From Promethearchaeota archaeon (GTDB taxonomy: Archaea; Asgardarchaeota; Lokiarchaeia; Sigyniarchaeales; SOKP01), in NCBI GenBank assembly GCA_048938855.1, contig JBHLLT010000002.1, positions 396,780 through 460,779 on the forward strand: a stretch of DNA of 64,000 nucleotides, read 5' to 3'. Below the pieces are notes generated by a model. It did not search any database. It had not been told where the DNA came from and saw only the letters and a list, made by a program, of their open reading frames with translations. Both the position numbers and the translations under genes were made by a program. Numbering within the stretch: position 1 is the first letter of the stretch; every line of letters begins with the position of its first letter. This document shows positions 9,701 to 18,549 of this stretch, one piece after another.

Positions 9701-12328
9701 TAGTAAAAACCATGAAATAAGTAAAGTGATTAACGGTAAGACATACGCATATAAAGTTCCACTTAATAGGAACCATGGGTAGTAGAATACTGTTGTAAAG
9801 CTTATACAAAATCCAACAATCACACGTGATTTCAGAAAGAAATTAACAGTTTTTTCTTTACATTCTAATTTTTTTAATGAATAATAGTAAACACTTAAAA
9901 TTATAAAAAGAATATATAAAGTAAAATTAATTACTGTCATTATTAAGAGAATTAAATCAAAATATAGGCCTAAATTATATATATCTAACCCTATAAAAGT
10001 GGGAATCACTGTTAATGTTGCAGATAATATTACACTGTTTACTTTAATTGCGCTAATTGCAAAGGTAGGATATATCTGTTTCTTTCTTAGATAGATAACA
10101 GGCAAAAAGAAGACTAAAGTAGAGACCAAAAGTGGGAGATTAAAAACAAATATTGTATTCAATGTTAGCCTTAAAAATAAGTAAAATACTATTAATACGC
10201 TATATAGCAAAACAAAAACATTTATTTTAATGTAAAAGTCTTCAGAAAAAATCCATCTTTTTGAGATAAGGTTAATTAATACGCAAACTGAAGCTAATGA
10301 TGAAAATATTGAATATAGTGCATTATCAAACAAAGGGAGACTATGAAATACTGAAAAAAATAATGTATAGAATAAATATAAAAGTTCGATGGTTATCAAA
10401 TATGAATTTATTTTAACATATTTCTTAAACCTGGATTCTTTCACGCGATCTAAATTCACGCCAAATTTTATAATAAAATAATAGAAAACTGAGGTAATAA
10501 GGAAATCAAATGCTAATAGAATAAAAATTGCAGAAAGCAAAGAGATAATAAGTAGAGATATGAATAAATCACTTAATAGTATCCAAAGAGCAAAATAAGT
10601 ATATTTTAAGAAATATTCTTTAGGAAAAATATGTAGAACATTATTTAAATAGAGAAAAGCAATAAAAACGATTGGAAAGCAAATTAACGAGATACATAAT
10701 ACTTGTAAAAACGGAATGAACTCGATTAAGTAGTAGAATCTAAAATTAACAAATACAAATAGAATTAGTTCGATTAATAAACTATTCACTAATACAATCC
10801 TTCTAAATAATTTAGGACTCTTTACATTGAAATATCTAATACCAAGTATATAGTTGGAAATTAGTAAGGTTATTAGAATAAATATTGAGTGTAAGAGAAT
10901 GTTTGAAACTAAAATCACAACGGGAGGATCTGAGGGAAATGTAGTAGATTCAATGATCATTGGAAAGAATATATATAATACTAAGCAAAAACTTGCGACA
11001 GCAAGTAAATTTTGGAAAATGATAACTTCATCTTTAGCAAAATATTTTAGTTTAACGAAAATTTGTAAAACAAAATATAGAGCGATTGTAAGTATTAGGA
11101 AATTTATTAATATCGTCTGTATGGATGATGGAATTATTCCAAATGAGATAGCGACTAAAATTGCTATCGAATTTAATAAGCCTGCAAATTTATTATACTT
11201 TTTTGAACATAGACCTGCCTTCTGTTCATAATGAAGCAGAAAATAGATGAATGGTAGAACTATTAAAATTATTAGAGGAACTCTTGTTGAAAAGGAATAT
11301 AAAGAAATTAATATAATCAAAATGCTAGAGAGAACTGAATTGTATTTTTGATATTTTACATATCCTAATTGAGTTTTTTCATTGGAAGTTTCTTCCCTTT
11401 CAGAATTATTATATATCGATAACTTTGAAGTGAAATGAAAACCAATATAAAACCTGGATTTAAAATAAAACAAAACAAAAATTATAACCAAGAAAAGATT
11501 ATTTATTACTTCTAAACTCAAAAATGGAATTCCCGAAATAACTCGTGCAGAAATTGTAATAAGAGGTATTTCGATTAAAAGAATAAAAATTAAGCCTATT
11601 TGAGTGTCTACTAATCGCCGTTTAAAGATTGTCAGGGATTTAAGTATAACTTTTTTTTCTTTTATAGATTCGCGAATAGATTTTACCTGAGTCTTTGTAC
11701 TTGTAAAGGTAATAATATAGAAAATTATATTTGTTAAAAGAGCAAAAAGCCAAGCAAAATTAGTAGGTGCTAGAAAGGATAAAAAGAAAATATGGATCAC
11801 ATAATTTAGGAAAACAAGGAAATTGTAAGGTTGTTTAATCATCAATTCGGTACTCTTAGCATGTTTAAACTCGCTTTCTTTTAAATCAAAATAATCTATA
11901 GGTTGGAAATGATAATAATAATAAACGATATTATAGAGAAACGCATAACTAATAAGTGGAAGGTAAATAAATGAGTCATATGGTGAAATAAGGATAAATA
12001 TGGGAGTTGTGATAAATGATACAACGGAAATCAGATATAATACATGAATTCGTGCCCCTAGATTATTTGTTTTATTTAGAAAAAAGGGATTATCTCTATA
12101 TTTGTCATAAGCTTTATAAAAAAATAGCAACGAAAACATAAACCCGACAATTGAGAAAGATAATGAAATGAATAATCCAACACTGGCAAAATTAAAAATA
12201 GCAAAAATTGCGATTGCTACTATTAATGGAGCAATAATTAAAAAGAAGGCAAACCACCATGATTTATGGAGCACTTCAGTTGCCTTTCTAATTCTCTCTT
12301 GCGAGTTATCACTACTTTTTGATTTCAT
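3767..12328 (-). CDS. Giant (2853 aa) polytopic membrane protein of unknown function
   Basis: Uninterrupted 8.5-kb ORF of consecutive hydrophobic segments separated by short Lys/Arg-rich loops. Confidence 0.85.
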   Translation of the reverse strand: MKSKSSDNSQERIRKATEVLHKSWWFAFFLIIAPLIVAIAIFAIFNFASVGLFISLSFSIVGFMFSLLFFYKAYDKYRDNPFFLNKTNNLGARIHVLYLISVVSFITTPIFILISPYDSFIYLPLISYAFLYNIVYYYYHFQPIDYFDLKESEFKHAKSTELMIKQPYNFLVFLNYVIHIFFLSFLAPTNFAWLFALLTNIIFYIITFTSTKTQVKSIRESIKEKKVILKSLTIFKRRLVDTQIGLIFILLIEIPLITISARVISGIPFLSLEVINNLFLVIIFVLFYFKSRFYIGFHFTSKLSIYNNSEREETSNEKTQLGYVKYQKYNSVLSSILIILISLYSFSTRVPLIILIVLPFIYFLLHYEQKAGLCSKKYNKFAGLLNSIAILVAISFGIIPSSIQTILINFLILTIALYFVLQIFVKLKYFAKDEVIIFQNLLAVASFCLVLYIFFPMIIESTTFPSDPPVVILVSNILLHSIFILITLLISNYILGIRYFNVKSPKLFRRIVLVNSLLIELILFVFVNFRFYYLIEFIPFLQVLCISLICFPIVFIAFLYLNNVLHIFPKEYFLKYTYFALWILLSDLFISLLIISLLSAIFILLAFDFLITSVFYYFIIKFGVNLDRVKESRFKKYVKINSYLITIELLYLFYTLFFSVFHSLPLFDNALYSIFSSLASVCVLINLISKRWIFSEDFYIKINVFVLLYSVLIVFYLFLRLTLNTIFVFNLPLLVSTLVFFLPVIYLRKKQIYPTFAISAIKVNSVILSATLTVIPTFIGLDIYNLGLYFDLILLIMTVINFTLYILFIILSVYYYSLKKLECKEKTVNFFLKSRVIVGFCISFTTVFYYPWFLLSGTLYAYVLPLITLLISWFLLFYYSYKREYFNLDLIKKLTIYNFLALSALIISIPTIIGLELVRIGLLPNYILIITITLFLLFCFLRVSEFISTKIKLKSIYIKSFKTVGLITWFSFTLFVSYYIASIFITTIELTPFTYLILSCCFFVFFTLSIYTISFASKVITKLPNLSKFIDIPIYGLIISISSIFTFLIISLNLFTFLNTLPVLISGSTWIGFFFIIILLSLIFLNSLSEMRFTQLKTIIQLCTWLMVKSVICILLTSILNYFIYQFFILNVITLFCLTFAFFTPLSLYVLKNLKYISVKNQLALKKVTVIVFMISLLSIYLEILFNLTPQIPIFSFNPSLHISTLIITPILIIFYFFSKFNKIVEEEANLRLFGFYILSIILSTSLLYFGLFFSPILIVIVAIFILTKRNIFPIYRFITYFLLSYVIIVDVLVVLTFYEVITAYNIDLIGLFAINYPLSLSGVLFFSILLNIKRNNTFEKFSLYFLISTLSFIYLSLFTNILLLYNITISLFLFLLFLGISFYRKEDERYKWFINPCVILFVFDFISFMSYFVLFSGPIFSEFNPILTFTLTLSMTGFAFVLLYNNAPARFRKKSFYIVLISIVISFPTFIYFLIIAALSMPLLSIVPLIVSINFGVFLFYLSIGIYQWKVSWAIWKSGWYMWNILPIINWYIIYQSLTGIDIFTTELWSIGTLEFGGSFFLSLIICSLFFIPVVYSKIKKYFSIIVFTIWGESLFLLYWFSQNLFVADLVLRNLFFIMFSATLLMPLLMLFKFWKIVSIFWLFPMTFMNVSFLLFYLTSIGLPLEITISLDILVIGIFLIVYSFFPNIRSIGLVLITAYSISLLGIFLTIYFILYAVIHHIIFAVNLSLLVFGVTLFSSKYLKLPKRIIDLCLSWILIINFSWLTFNTFYFFLGFIILALSLGLTVFGCSYFIFNRYKMRLRLNKIYPYLAVALGSSLSITSLSSILFHAPIGILITVFSAVFIIFLYKIFVEYRYILWFVIPIPIISPIIEWLLTLDLIYSNWIFAFLSWPMLYLITFQILINLFKRSVEDDTEEIKNSIFKIYKDKTQLKWLNFTCFLTNSVCISLFLTIILPNLFMSIIFTDIIIIYQIFDFLFIWPFLFLICMKYIIKSELDIKLKGLLRNFSILSCVLYLFITIAVGMNIFLYLVFINLNLVIIIYLVLLSSTIMLFIEVAFMDKSIFKFLIDSTRNRFTLWSWFIFCNTFSLFIYLFHLNPFLLVLTFSVLNLLTLHFMSRLKISKETISKLRILLIYNSFIWSSFFIASLISNGLVLIFDQLRGFGYLSLLFQNSSLFLYFFSLLFVRIEKNIKYRVEFILFIVFQGLIAVNLAYIFILFGSLNFISINLIIFIEICLSFVSIKYYDIIWGKQKYPDFSSKIHSFMVLILYFEISIMVYGLVSAFLGVYESILVALSILFVLTLLDIYSIKKVKIIYAGLVHTISYFALSLNLFLFLHSFVSQFLFLLSLEIFFFLIMQFYTNYSFFKVLKLSSPVKKEAYDKAQKYIHRLLGIGFYATLCFSIVQPLILVGLNLQLILLILSIIIHILMIIDSVLFKFLGKLTDYVKSFSWIMIMIFTSTYLIWIYSTLFSGFFFTVIPIIVIIQILEFAYLFKLLSFWKVVATYKKKIKSGLIIISYLNFITWPLYFLGSNHFANLNLFLASLSILFVITLIDKIVNEKLRKSLRSISFLVIGALLSVDLFLGFLGVPNFDLALNISSSLLIFVIFLTIQVRPFKKHSKFVSKAFIFWLVIFTLLCIIVYRASSLGLGITFIIFGIILYPFIFLLEELKRFINNIVEYLSKFFKAIQLAIKNMFIKIFHFIKVNYKTLWIIFSVFISSLIGISISPAVGNLLGWTHSILLIFPIFGMMYAILPSKKTDDVDVRFRRRIIRLIISWGSIIVLLFAIITPVWYVFTFWISIWIIGVILLPYIRFKERSENISIKWRFYTLIIFIVLVIVVGIIVGIQIFVNIVL

Positions 12329-12523
12329 CGCCCACCACGATTTTTATTATACGTTGAGATTAATAATAATTTTGGTTTATAAATTTTTCAGAATTATCTT
12401 TACAAATATATTTTACTAATGTGTTAAGACCACTTAAAAGGTTTTGTCACTTATGCTAGTAGAACCTATAAAAATAGTAGTAAATCGTTTATTAAGGTGG
12501 TAGTAAATTTAAAATTAGTTTAA

Positions 12524-13846
12524 TTATCTAAAATTTGGTAAATAATTTTTTTGAACTTCCATCATATCATTAAATATCTTTTCTGCCATTTCAAAATTAC
12601 CTACATTAGGATCAATAGCCAAACTTGCAATTGCTAATTCTTTCGATTCTTTTAGAACTGCTTCAACACATAAATCTTGAACTGATGCTTCGATACGAAG
12701 TAAAGCAGCAATATTTTTAGGTAATGATCCTACTCTGATGCCACTAATCCCATTTCTATTGACAATCGCTGAGCATTCTAAAATTAAATCATTTGGCAAA
12801 TTATCAACTATATTATCATTAGGGATGTTTACTGCCGTCTCATACGAATTCGTATCATTAATTAAAGCTTCAATAATTGGAATAGCGCGTTCTCCTGAGG
12901 GGACACTATATAAGATTCCTTTTTTCGGAAATCTTCCTTCTTTTAGTTTTTTATAATATATAAGATACCTTTTATATCGCAGATCTCCTTCTTTTTCAAT
13001 AAAATTTAGCCAATCTAACATATCTTGAGTCTTAGTGAATTCTTCTCCAAATTGGAGATATTCTCCTAAATGATTATCACCTACATAGGGAAAAAATCCA
13101 AATCTTTTATAAACTTCAAATGTAAGCTTGGAAAACTCAAATTTATGTTCTGTAGTACTGAAATAATTCATAGCTTTATTATTAAATTCAGGCATCAAAT
13201 CTTTACCAGTTATTAAGTCTTCAAGACTAATCAAAAATGCAAAATGATTTAATCCATTTGTTTTCATCTTTAATTCATCTATAGATTTATTAAATAATAT
13301 AGGTAAATGCCGTACCATAAATCCAATTTGATGGCATAATCCAACAAATTTTAGAATTTCTGTACTTCTTTTAATTGCTAAGCAAACTCGAGACACTGGA
13401 TTAGAAAAATTAATAAAAAATGCATTAGGACAAATTTTTTCAACATCTTTAACAATCTCTATAATGGGGGGAATTATTCTCCAGGAATGAAATGTACCCC
13501 CTGGTCCCCCACACTCACCCAGAATCTGGGTGGATCCATATTTTCTTGGGACCTCATAATCTTGACGCCATAATTTCATTCTATCTCCAATTTCTATTGA
13601 ATTAATTATGAAATTGGCATCCTTTAGTGCTTTAACTCTGTTAGTTGTCCTTTCAAGAAACATTTTATTTTTATGAAGTTCATTTTCAGCGACTAAAAGA
13701 TCATAAATCATTTCCAATTTATCTTTATTAATATCATGAAGAACGACTGTAGACCCTTCCAAAACATCACTTAAATATATATCATTGAACATATGTCTTC
13801 CAAATGATGCCGAACCCGCTCCAATCAACACTATCTTTTTATTCAT
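12524..13846 (-). CDS. Glycoside hydrolase family 4 (NAD+-dependent alpha-galactosidase/glucosidase)
   Basis: KIVLIGAGS Rossmann start, GECGGPGG, INFSNP, GLCH, GLNH, DNHLGEY. Confidence 0.92.
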   Translation of the reverse strand: MNKKIVLIGAGSASFGRHMFNDIYLSDVLEGSTVVLHDINKDKLEMIYDLLVAENELHKNKMFLERTTNRVKALKDANFIINSIEIGDRMKLWRQDYEVPRKYGSTQILGECGGPGGTFHSWRIIPPIIEIVKDVEKICPNAFFINFSNPVSRVCLAIKRSTEILKFVGLCHQIGFMVRHLPILFNKSIDELKMKTNGLNHFAFLISLEDLITGKDLMPEFNNKAMNYFSTTEHKFEFSKLTFEVYKRFGFFPYVGDNHLGEYLQFGEEFTKTQDMLDWLNFIEKEGDLRYKRYLIYYKKLKEGRFPKKGILYSVPSGERAIPIIEALINDTNSYETAVNIPNDNIVDNLPNDLILECSAIVNRNGISGIRVGSLPKNIAALLRIEASVQDLCVEAVLKESKELAIASLAIDPNVGNFEMAEKIFNDMMEVQKNYLPNFR

Positions 13847-14261
13847 ATAATATTCCCCATTATATTAGGCAAATATTTTATGTTTAGTTAAAAGTATAAT
13901 CACCTTAATATGTTCTTCTGGATGTTCCATTATACTTACTTGTCAAATTTCTTAATAGTTTGACAAATGGGAAGGAAATGGGAAAGTTTATAAGGTGTCT
14001 CTATCTAATTTTATATAATGAGTTTTTCACAAAATAATAATACTACAGATAATAATTGCGGCTTACATGCATACGTAAAGCCAATCTTTATTCGTAGTAT
14101 TATTAAGAGAGAATAAATCAAACCTCTTAACCTTTTTCCTTTAATTTTTACTGATTTGTTCTCTTTTATAACTACATAACAATAAAGATTATTTGAAATA
14201 GGTTAATATTAGATTTGTTCCTCCTAAAGAAGGACTCAATTAAAAAAGGAGGTGAAATAGA

Positions 14262-14441
14262 CTGAAAGAAAAATCAGATAATATGGATCTGATATTAGAA
14301 TATTATCAAGATTGGGATTCTTATAAGAGCCCAGTCATGATGTCATTCGATGCCCCAAATGAGTTTTCCGAAAGTCTTGAAGCTGAAGACGAACGAAGGA
14401 TGAAATCTTTAAGGCAAAAAATGAGTAGAAGACTGGGTTGA
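14262..14441 (+). CDS. Small hypothetical protein (59 aa), probable CTG start (alternative ATG at 14283)
   Basis: Strong SD GGAGGTGA (14248-14255) 6 nt before CTG; reads (M)KEKSDNMDLILEYYQDWDSYKSPVMMSFDAPNEFSESLEAEDERRMKSLRQKMSRRLG*; T-tract downstream. Confidence 0.65.
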   Translation: MKEKSDNMDLILEYYQDWDSYKSPVMMSFDAPNEFSESLEAEDERRMKSLRQKMSRRLG

Positions 14442-14489
14442 TAAAATTAAAACTTAATTATAAATTTTAAACAATTTTTTTTATTATTT

Positions 14490-15671
14490 TTATTTTAATA
14501 GTGGCTTTATACGATTTATTGCTTCAATTAACCTGTTTTCTGGTTGTGTTAAAGCAAATCTTACATATCCCTCTCCATATTGACCAAACCCAATTCCTGG
14601 CGTTGTTATTACCCCAATATCAATTAATTTCTTTACGAACTCCATACAACTAATATTTTTATAACTTTCAGGAATTTGAGTCCAAACATAAAATGTAGCT
14701 TGAGGTGTGTCAGTTATCCAACCATTATCATTTAATCCTTTCACTAGGACATCTCTCCGCCGTTGATAAGTCTCCACTATCTTCTCCACTATTTCCGGTT
14801 TTTTTTCTGATTTATATTCATTTAACCCTATTGCAACTGCTTTTTGAATAAATGTAGGACAACCAGAATCGATTTGAGATTTAACTTTTCTTAAACCTTT
14901 AACGATATCTTTATTACCCGCAACCCAACCACACCTGAATCCTGTCATATTAAACATTTTAGATGCACTATTAATTTCGATATGGTTAGGATCAATCTCT
15001 AATATTGATGGTGCAATGTATTCTCCAAATGTAAACTCCGAATATGGATTGTCATGAACTATAATAAAATTGTAGTCTTCAGCATAATCCACAACTTTTT
15101 TAAGATAGACCTTAGGTATTGTTGCTCCTGTTGGATTATTAGGGTAATTTAAATACATTAATTTGGCTTTTCTAAGAACTTCTGTATCAATGGCATCTAA
15201 ATCAGGTAAAAAATGATTCTCTTTTAATAAAGGCATTAAATAAGGTTCTGCATCACATAGTTTTGTGGCTCCATTCTCATAAACCGGATATCCTGGATTT
15301 GGGCATAGCACAATATCTCCTGGATTTATAAAGGCTCTAGCAATATTAGCAACACCTTCCTTACCTCCAATGACATTTGATACTTCATCTTTAGGTCTTA
15401 AATCCACATTAAACCTAATTTTATACCATTTTGCAACAGCTTCTCTAAAACTTTCTTCTCCCATACTAGCAGGATATTTCTGATTCTCGAGAATTTTAAC
15501 TTGTTTTATTATCTCATTAATGATCAATTCAGGAGTAGGTAAATCAGGGTCTCCTATTCCTAAAGGGATTAGATCAATTCCCTTCCTTTTCTTTTCTGCT
15601 ATTATCTGTTCAATCTCAACAAAGACGTATATTGGTAGTCTTTTTATTCTCTCAGAATATTCTATTCTAAT
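14490..15671 (-). CDS. PLP-dependent class I/II aminotransferase, LL-diaminopimelate aminotransferase-like; probable ATT start at 15671
   Basis: YLNYPNNPTG, HDNPY and SASKMFNMTGFRCG. The frame is open 48 codons upstream of the called ORF with conserved YSERIKRLPIYVF and LGIGDPDLPTP. Confidence 0.88.
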   Translation of the reverse strand: MRIEYSERIKRLPIYVFVEIEQIIAEKKRKGIDLIPLGIGDPDLPTPELIINEIIKQVKILENQKYPASMGEESFREAVAKWYKIRFNVDLRPKDEVSNVIGGKEGVANIARAFINPGDIVLCPNPGYPVYENGATKLCDAEPYLMPLLKENHFLPDLDAIDTEVLRKAKLMYLNYPNNPTGATIPKVYLKKVVDYAEDYNFIIVHDNPYSEFTFGEYIAPSILEIDPNHIEINSASKMFNMTGFRCGWVAGNKDIVKGLRKVKSQIDSGCPTFIQKAVAIGLNEYKSEKKPEIVEKIVETYQRRRDVLVKGLNDNGWITDTPQATFYVWTQIPESYKNISCMEFVKKLIDIGVITTPGIGFGQYGEGYVRFALTQPENRLIEAINRIKPLLK

Positions 15672-15790
15672 TTAAAACACCTTCAATATAAAATTTGCTT
15701 TAGAAATATGTTAAATTATTCAATTAAAATGAAAAAATTTTCTTTATCAATTAAGAAAAATAAATGAAAAAAAAAATATTTAAGATTCTC

Positions 15791-17104
15791 CTAGGTGGTT
15801 CTTTCGAGATTAACTTCATAATCTTTGGGATTCAAAGTAAAGAAAACACCCAAACCGATATTCATAATTATCGCCATAGTTAAGAAAAGAATAGCATAAA
15901 TGAAGAATGCCTCTAGTCCTGCTAACACCCCGATTAAAATACTTGTTAATTGTAATCCGATTGTTGATCCAATATTTGTGAACGAATTACATGTAGCATA
16001 ATAGGTACTATCCATTTCAGGATATTGCTGTGATTCTTGACCTATGACAGCAGAAAATGCGGAATTTCTCCAACCAGCAGAAGATCCTAGTAGTAAGGAA
16101 AATATGAGTAATACAGGCCAAACTATTGGTATTATAAATATCAAGAAAGAAATGGTGGTTAATATAAATGATGTGTAAACAGCTCGTTTTCTAGATTGTA
16201 AATCGGCTATTCTCCCTCCAATTATAGCACCAGTAATTACCCCTAAACCAATAATTAAAGCTATTAGGGCTTGAGGAGCATATAAATCTTGGTGAGCTGG
16301 ATCACCAATAAGATCCAATGATGCCCCACTAGCAGAGACTAGACCCCATTGAATTAGAATAAAAAGAGGTACGACTACGAAAACAATTCCATCACAAAAT
16401 GCGTTAAATAAAGAGAATGCATATACTTTCCAATTTTTTCTTTTGCCAAAAATTATTTTAAGATTTCTTATGGCATTTATTTCTATTTTTTTTATTGATT
16501 CTTTAACTAGTAATATAGTAAATGAAAAAATCATCATAGCAATACCTAGTCCTATAAATACTAACTCTACGAATCCTCCCGTCAATAATATTAAAATTAC
16601 CAACAATGGACCACCAGCGATTATACCAACAGACCTAAATCCCCAACAAATTCCTTGTACTCGTCCAAGCTTTTCTTTGGGGTATATATCTAAAATTAAT
16701 CCATCTATGGCAGTATCACCCATCGCAACTCCAATTACAATTAAGACTCCCAGAAATGTAACCAAAAATATTGCATTATTTGCTGTTAACAAAAATGGAA
16801 ACATTACCCAAACTATACCTGAGAGTATAGATGGACCAATTATCCAGGGTTTTCTTCTTCCAAGGTTTCCCAAACCTATTTTATCGGACAAAATACCATA
16901 AATAAATTTTACCCCAAAGGGAAGAAGAACAATTGACATCATAGAAGCAATTTGACTTGAAGTTAAGGTTCCAGGAGGTAATACATAGAATAGAAAAATA
17001 GGAATAATTGTTGTAAACATCGATTGATTGATTCCTTGAACAAAGTAATTAAGTGAAAAAACTCCAATATTCAATTTTTTTAATTCTACCCCACTTTCTT
17101 CCAT
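15791..17104 (-). CDS. MFS transporter (AmpG/BT1-like)
   Basis: ~12 TM; LSDK..LGRRKPW, DTAIDGL, GGRIAD. Confidence 0.85.
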   Translation of the reverse strand: MEESGVELKKLNIGVFSLNYFVQGINQSMFTTIIPIFLFYVLPPGTLTSSQIASMMSIVLLPFGVKFIYGILSDKIGLGNLGRRKPWIIGPSILSGIVWVMFPFLLTANNAIFLVTFLGVLIVIGVAMGDTAIDGLILDIYPKEKLGRVQGICWGFRSVGIIAGGPLLVILILLTGGFVELVFIGLGIAMMIFSFTILLVKESIKKIEINAIRNLKIIFGKRKNWKVYAFSLFNAFCDGIVFVVVPLFILIQWGLVSASGASLDLIGDPAHQDLYAPQALIALIIGLGVITGAIIGGRIADLQSRKRAVYTSFILTTISFLIFIIPIVWPVLLIFSLLLGSSAGWRNSAFSAVIGQESQQYPEMDSTYYATCNSFTNIGSTIGLQLTSILIGVLAGLEAFFIYAILFLTMAIIMNIGLGVFFTLNPKDYEVNLERTT

Positions 17105-17274
17105 ATTAATAACCTAAATTAATCTATTTTTTATTAAAATTATAATTTAAAAAGTAATTTGTTTTTATGATTAATAATATTAATGGATTTTTATGGTGTA
17201 AATCTGAATTCTTTACCCCCAAATAGAGTCTTCTAATACTATGAAGAAGAGCGAAAAAAGTAAAAATTAGTATT

Positions 17275-17448
17275 TTATCTCGAAAAATCTCTCTGTATTT
17301 GGAGTTCCCGTTTGTAGAATTTAATTTGACTCTTTATAAACCTAAGCGGTCTTGGCTGTATTAGATGTTCATATTTCTGTAGATGATCTTCCAAAAGGTT
17401 AATGGCAAGCTCTAACTTACTAATTCTTTTTTGAGTTTGACTCATCAT
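17275..17448 (-). CDS. Small hypothetical protein (57 aa), predicted helical hairpin
   Basis: MMSQTQKRISKLELAINLLEDHLQKYEHLIQPRPLRFIKSQIKFYKRELQIQRDFSR*; fills an intergenic gap; below the ORF-track cutoff. Confidence 0.6.
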   Translation of the reverse strand: MMSQTQKRISKLELAINLLEDHLQKYEHLIQPRPLRFIKSQIKFYKRELQIQRDFSR

Positions 17449-17649
17449 AATTTTATCTTACAACAAACACTTAAATTTATATTAATCGGGATTTAAGATG
17501 CATCAATTAAAAATTATTAGGGGCTTTAAATTTTATGGATTTTTACTAAGACTTTCGCTTCTTCTTATAAAATCTTCTCATAATATAATTAAATCATGAA
17601 TTTTTTTATTTATTAAAAACTATTTAAGGAACTTTCAAATTAGGGGACT

Positions 17650-18549
17650 ATGGTTGTTCAAATAACTTACCACTATAATAATGAAATTCTAGAGTGGCAA
17701 TGGGCATCTGATAATGATTTGATGCCATATCCTTATTTTACTTCTTGCTATTTAGTGGATGGTCTCCTAATTGATTCAGGTGCTCCTGGAGGAGCAAATG
17801 ATCTTAAGCTATTCCTTGAATCACTTAAACCTAATCAAATGATTGATAAATGTTTTATAACACATGCACATGAAGATCATGCTGGTGGTGCTCATATGAT
17901 TCAAACTGAATTCGGAATACCAATATTTACCAGCAAAGAAACAGTAGATCTCTTAAAAAAGGGAAATACTTATCCTGAATATCGTCAATTAGCATGGGGT
18001 CCGAAATTATTACCAGTTGATGCTAAAGAAATTAATGAACCAATAATAACTAAGGCAAAGAAATATAAGTTTGAATTATTCCCAATGATCGGCCATGCTT
18101 CAGAATTAGTTGCTTTAATTGAAAAAGAACAAAAATGGGCTTTTGTAGCTGATGCTGTGCAACCTAAATACAAGATGATTTTTGGTCGGAATAGCGACAT
18201 CCAAGAAGATATATCTTTAATATATCAATCTCTTTCTAAGTTATATGAATTTACAGTGGGTATGGACAAATTACTAATCTTCTCTGCAGGAAATGGTGTA
18301 CTCCAAGGAAGAAACATGATAAAAGAAAAGATGGAGGAGATTGAAAATTTATATACTAGAGTTCATCAGGAGCATAGTAAACTTCAGAAGGAAGGATTTA
18401 AAGAAAAAAAAATTACAAAAAAAATAGTTAAGAAAATATTCAAAAGAGAGAGTATTATTGGTCAATTAACTCTAGGTGACCTTTCTAGAGAAAATCTAAT
18501 CCTTTCCCTATTAAAATGGGAAAAAAAAGAGGATTTAATTATTTTATAA
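17650..18549 (+). CDS. Metallo-beta-lactamase fold hydrolase
   Basis: LIDSG, THAHEDHAGG, GH and D motifs. Confidence 0.88.
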   Translation: MVVQITYHYNNEILEWQWASDNDLMPYPYFTSCYLVDGLLIDSGAPGGANDLKLFLESLKPNQMIDKCFITHAHEDHAGGAHMIQTEFGIPIFTSKETVDLLKKGNTYPEYRQLAWGPKLLPVDAKEINEPIITKAKKYKFELFPMIGHASELVALIEKEQKWAFVADAVQPKYKMIFGRNSDIQEDISLIYQSLSKLYEFTVGMDKLLIFSAGNGVLQGRNMIKEKMEEIENLYTRVHQEHSKLQKEGFKEKKITKKIVKKIFKRESIIGQLTLGDLSRENLILSLLKWEKKEDLIIL

